Shown here: positions 62,321 through 64,000 of the stretch, piece after piece
How positions within the stretch are numbered: the stretch's first letter is position 1
Layout: every line of letters begins with the position of its first letter
DNA from: Octopus sinensis
Taxonomy: Eukaryota
DNA: 64,000 bases
Reading direction: 5' to 3'
Assembly (NCBI RefSeq): GCF_006345805.1
Contig: NC_043004.1
Location: 97,712,001 to 97,776,000 of the forward strand
Program-made: the position numbers and the translations under genes
The notes under the pieces: model-generated
Database searches by the model: none
What the model saw: only the letters and a program-made list of their open reading frames with translations
What the model was told of the DNA's origin: nothing

Positions 62321-62934
62321 TTATAGTCAATATAAGCTCAAAAGGAATAGCAGTTAAGGTCTAGAATCTAAATGGATCAGTTCAATAGTCTTCAGTTATC
62401 AAGTAATAAAAATTACTTATGAAATACTTTGAAGTATACCTATGATAATTCAATAATTCTGATATTTTATTGAAGCTTGTTTCCTGGATTACAATAATCA
62501 ATGTTTTGTTATAAACAAGATAGATTTCATCGCTGATTGCTGAGAACCATTCCTCTATCAGCAGGCTGTTGTCTCATTAGACAAATGTATTTTTAAAGGA
62601 CCTGCAGAGGGTTCTTTCACAATGCAAATGCACTTGGATAATCCCCGGGGAAAAACTGTCTTTATTTTGTATATCTAAATTTAATCTTATGTTGAGAAAA
62701 ACTTAATTTAAAAATCTATTTTCTGTCAATCCACAAAAAAGTCTAAGCATAAAGCTGTGGTCAGTCTGTTCTCTTGTGCTGTATACTATTCCTTTAGCAA
62801 GCTAATGCAAGCAATAGAAACAGTTGCTGTTGGCAAAGGAACAGGATTATTAATAATAAACAGTTTTTCATAGAATAACAGGTAAAAAGGTGAGGTAAAC
62901 ATAATTGTCAATAGCTCTAAACGATATATCAAAT

Positions 62935-64000
62935 CATCATCATCATCATCATCCTTTAACGTGCGTTTTCTGCGCTAGCACAGGTTGAACGGTTCGACCG
63001 GGGTCTGGGAAGCCAGGGGCTGCACCAGGCTCCAGTCTGATCTGGCAGTGTTTCTACAGCTTGATGCCCTTCCTAACGCCAACCACTCCGCGAGTGTAGT
63101 GGGTGCTTTTTACGTGCCACCTGCACAGGTGCTGGGGGGGGGCGGGGTCCGGCATCGGCCACGATTGGTTGGAGCTTTTAACGTGCCACCGGCACGGAAG
63201 CCAGCCGAGGCAGCGCTGGCAATGGCCACGTTCGGATGGTGCTTTTTATGTGCCACTGGCACTGGAGCCAGTCGAGGCAGCGCTGGCATCGGCCACGTTC
63301 GGACGGTGCTTTTAAATTAAGTTCATCTCTCTCTTTCTCCCCTCCATCTCTCTCTCTTTACAATTACAGAATCATGAGCAAGAACAATTTCCTCCTACTG
63401 AAATTCTTTTACTATATATCGTAACTATATGCCCTTCTCTCTCTATAGAGTGAATGACGCAATGCAATGTTATGTAATTAATAGCAGGTAGATATGTAAT
63501 TACCCTGTCTTGAAGAGATCTCAGTAGATAGAAATAGGAGCCATATGTGAATATTAATGATGATATACTTGAAACAAAAGGAAAAGACTAGAAATTTGAA
63601 TTAAATGAATGTATAGATATTATGTAATATATTTCATTCTTCTCACTTCACTAACTAAAACGACAAAAATTAAATAAATAACAATATTATGGATGTCTAG
63701 CACAACGTTTTTCTCTGTTGCATACTATAGAGTGCTCACATTAGATGGGTTGTTATATGATGAAGATGGTAAAGACAGACTTGTTGTGGGGCAGATTCAT
63801 GGCTACCCCACATTCTAAATGGGTAGATGTGGGTGCTTTTACATGCCACCGGCACAGGTGCCAGACAAGGCTGACAAACCGATCGTGGCCATTTGCCAGC
63901 CTCGTCTGGCACCTATGCCAGTGGCACGTAAAAGCACCCACTACACTCACGGAGGGGTTGGCGTTAGGAAGGGCATCCAGCTGTAGAAACATTGCCAGAT
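62935..64000. mobile_element. Family C copies (62935-63315, minus; 63835-64000, plus, cut by the window edge)
   Basis: GATGCCCTTCCTAACGCCAACC core in each. Confidence 0.8.

Overview
AT-rich eukaryotic DNA made almost entirely of microsatellites and retrotransposon or DNA-transposon debris. The SINE families and repeat spectrum look like an Octopus (cephalopod) genome; this is inferred from sequence style, not from a database search. I recognise no host protein-coding gene, and most ORFs in the track are translations of microsatellites or SINEs. Recognisable content: (i) a Penelope-like element (PLE) complex at 1-2555, with an open ORF running off the left edge, a decayed GIY-YIG copy and a perfect 50-bp inverted repeat; (ii) fragments of R4/Dong-like (RLE), RTE, CR1-group and Tx1 LINEs; (iii) mariner, MULE and piggyBac-type relics; (iv) several dozen SINE copies from about 4-5 families; (v) a 100-N gap. 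The main hunt result is nine candidate type-I hammerhead ribozymes (HHRs) from about six unrelated repeat families. Most have palindromic or near-palindromic stem III. Three carry the compensatory U3-A8 core, and six have a 10.1/11.1 mismatch. They occur as back-to-back or convergent pairs, and six end next to (TA)n or (TATC)n arrays. Other notable structures are a six-unit tandem array of an RTE 3' UTR, a SINE tail shared with a Tx1 3' end, SINE-into-SINE insertion at a fixed site, and several fold-back elements. All coordinates and folds were read by eye and none was computed.
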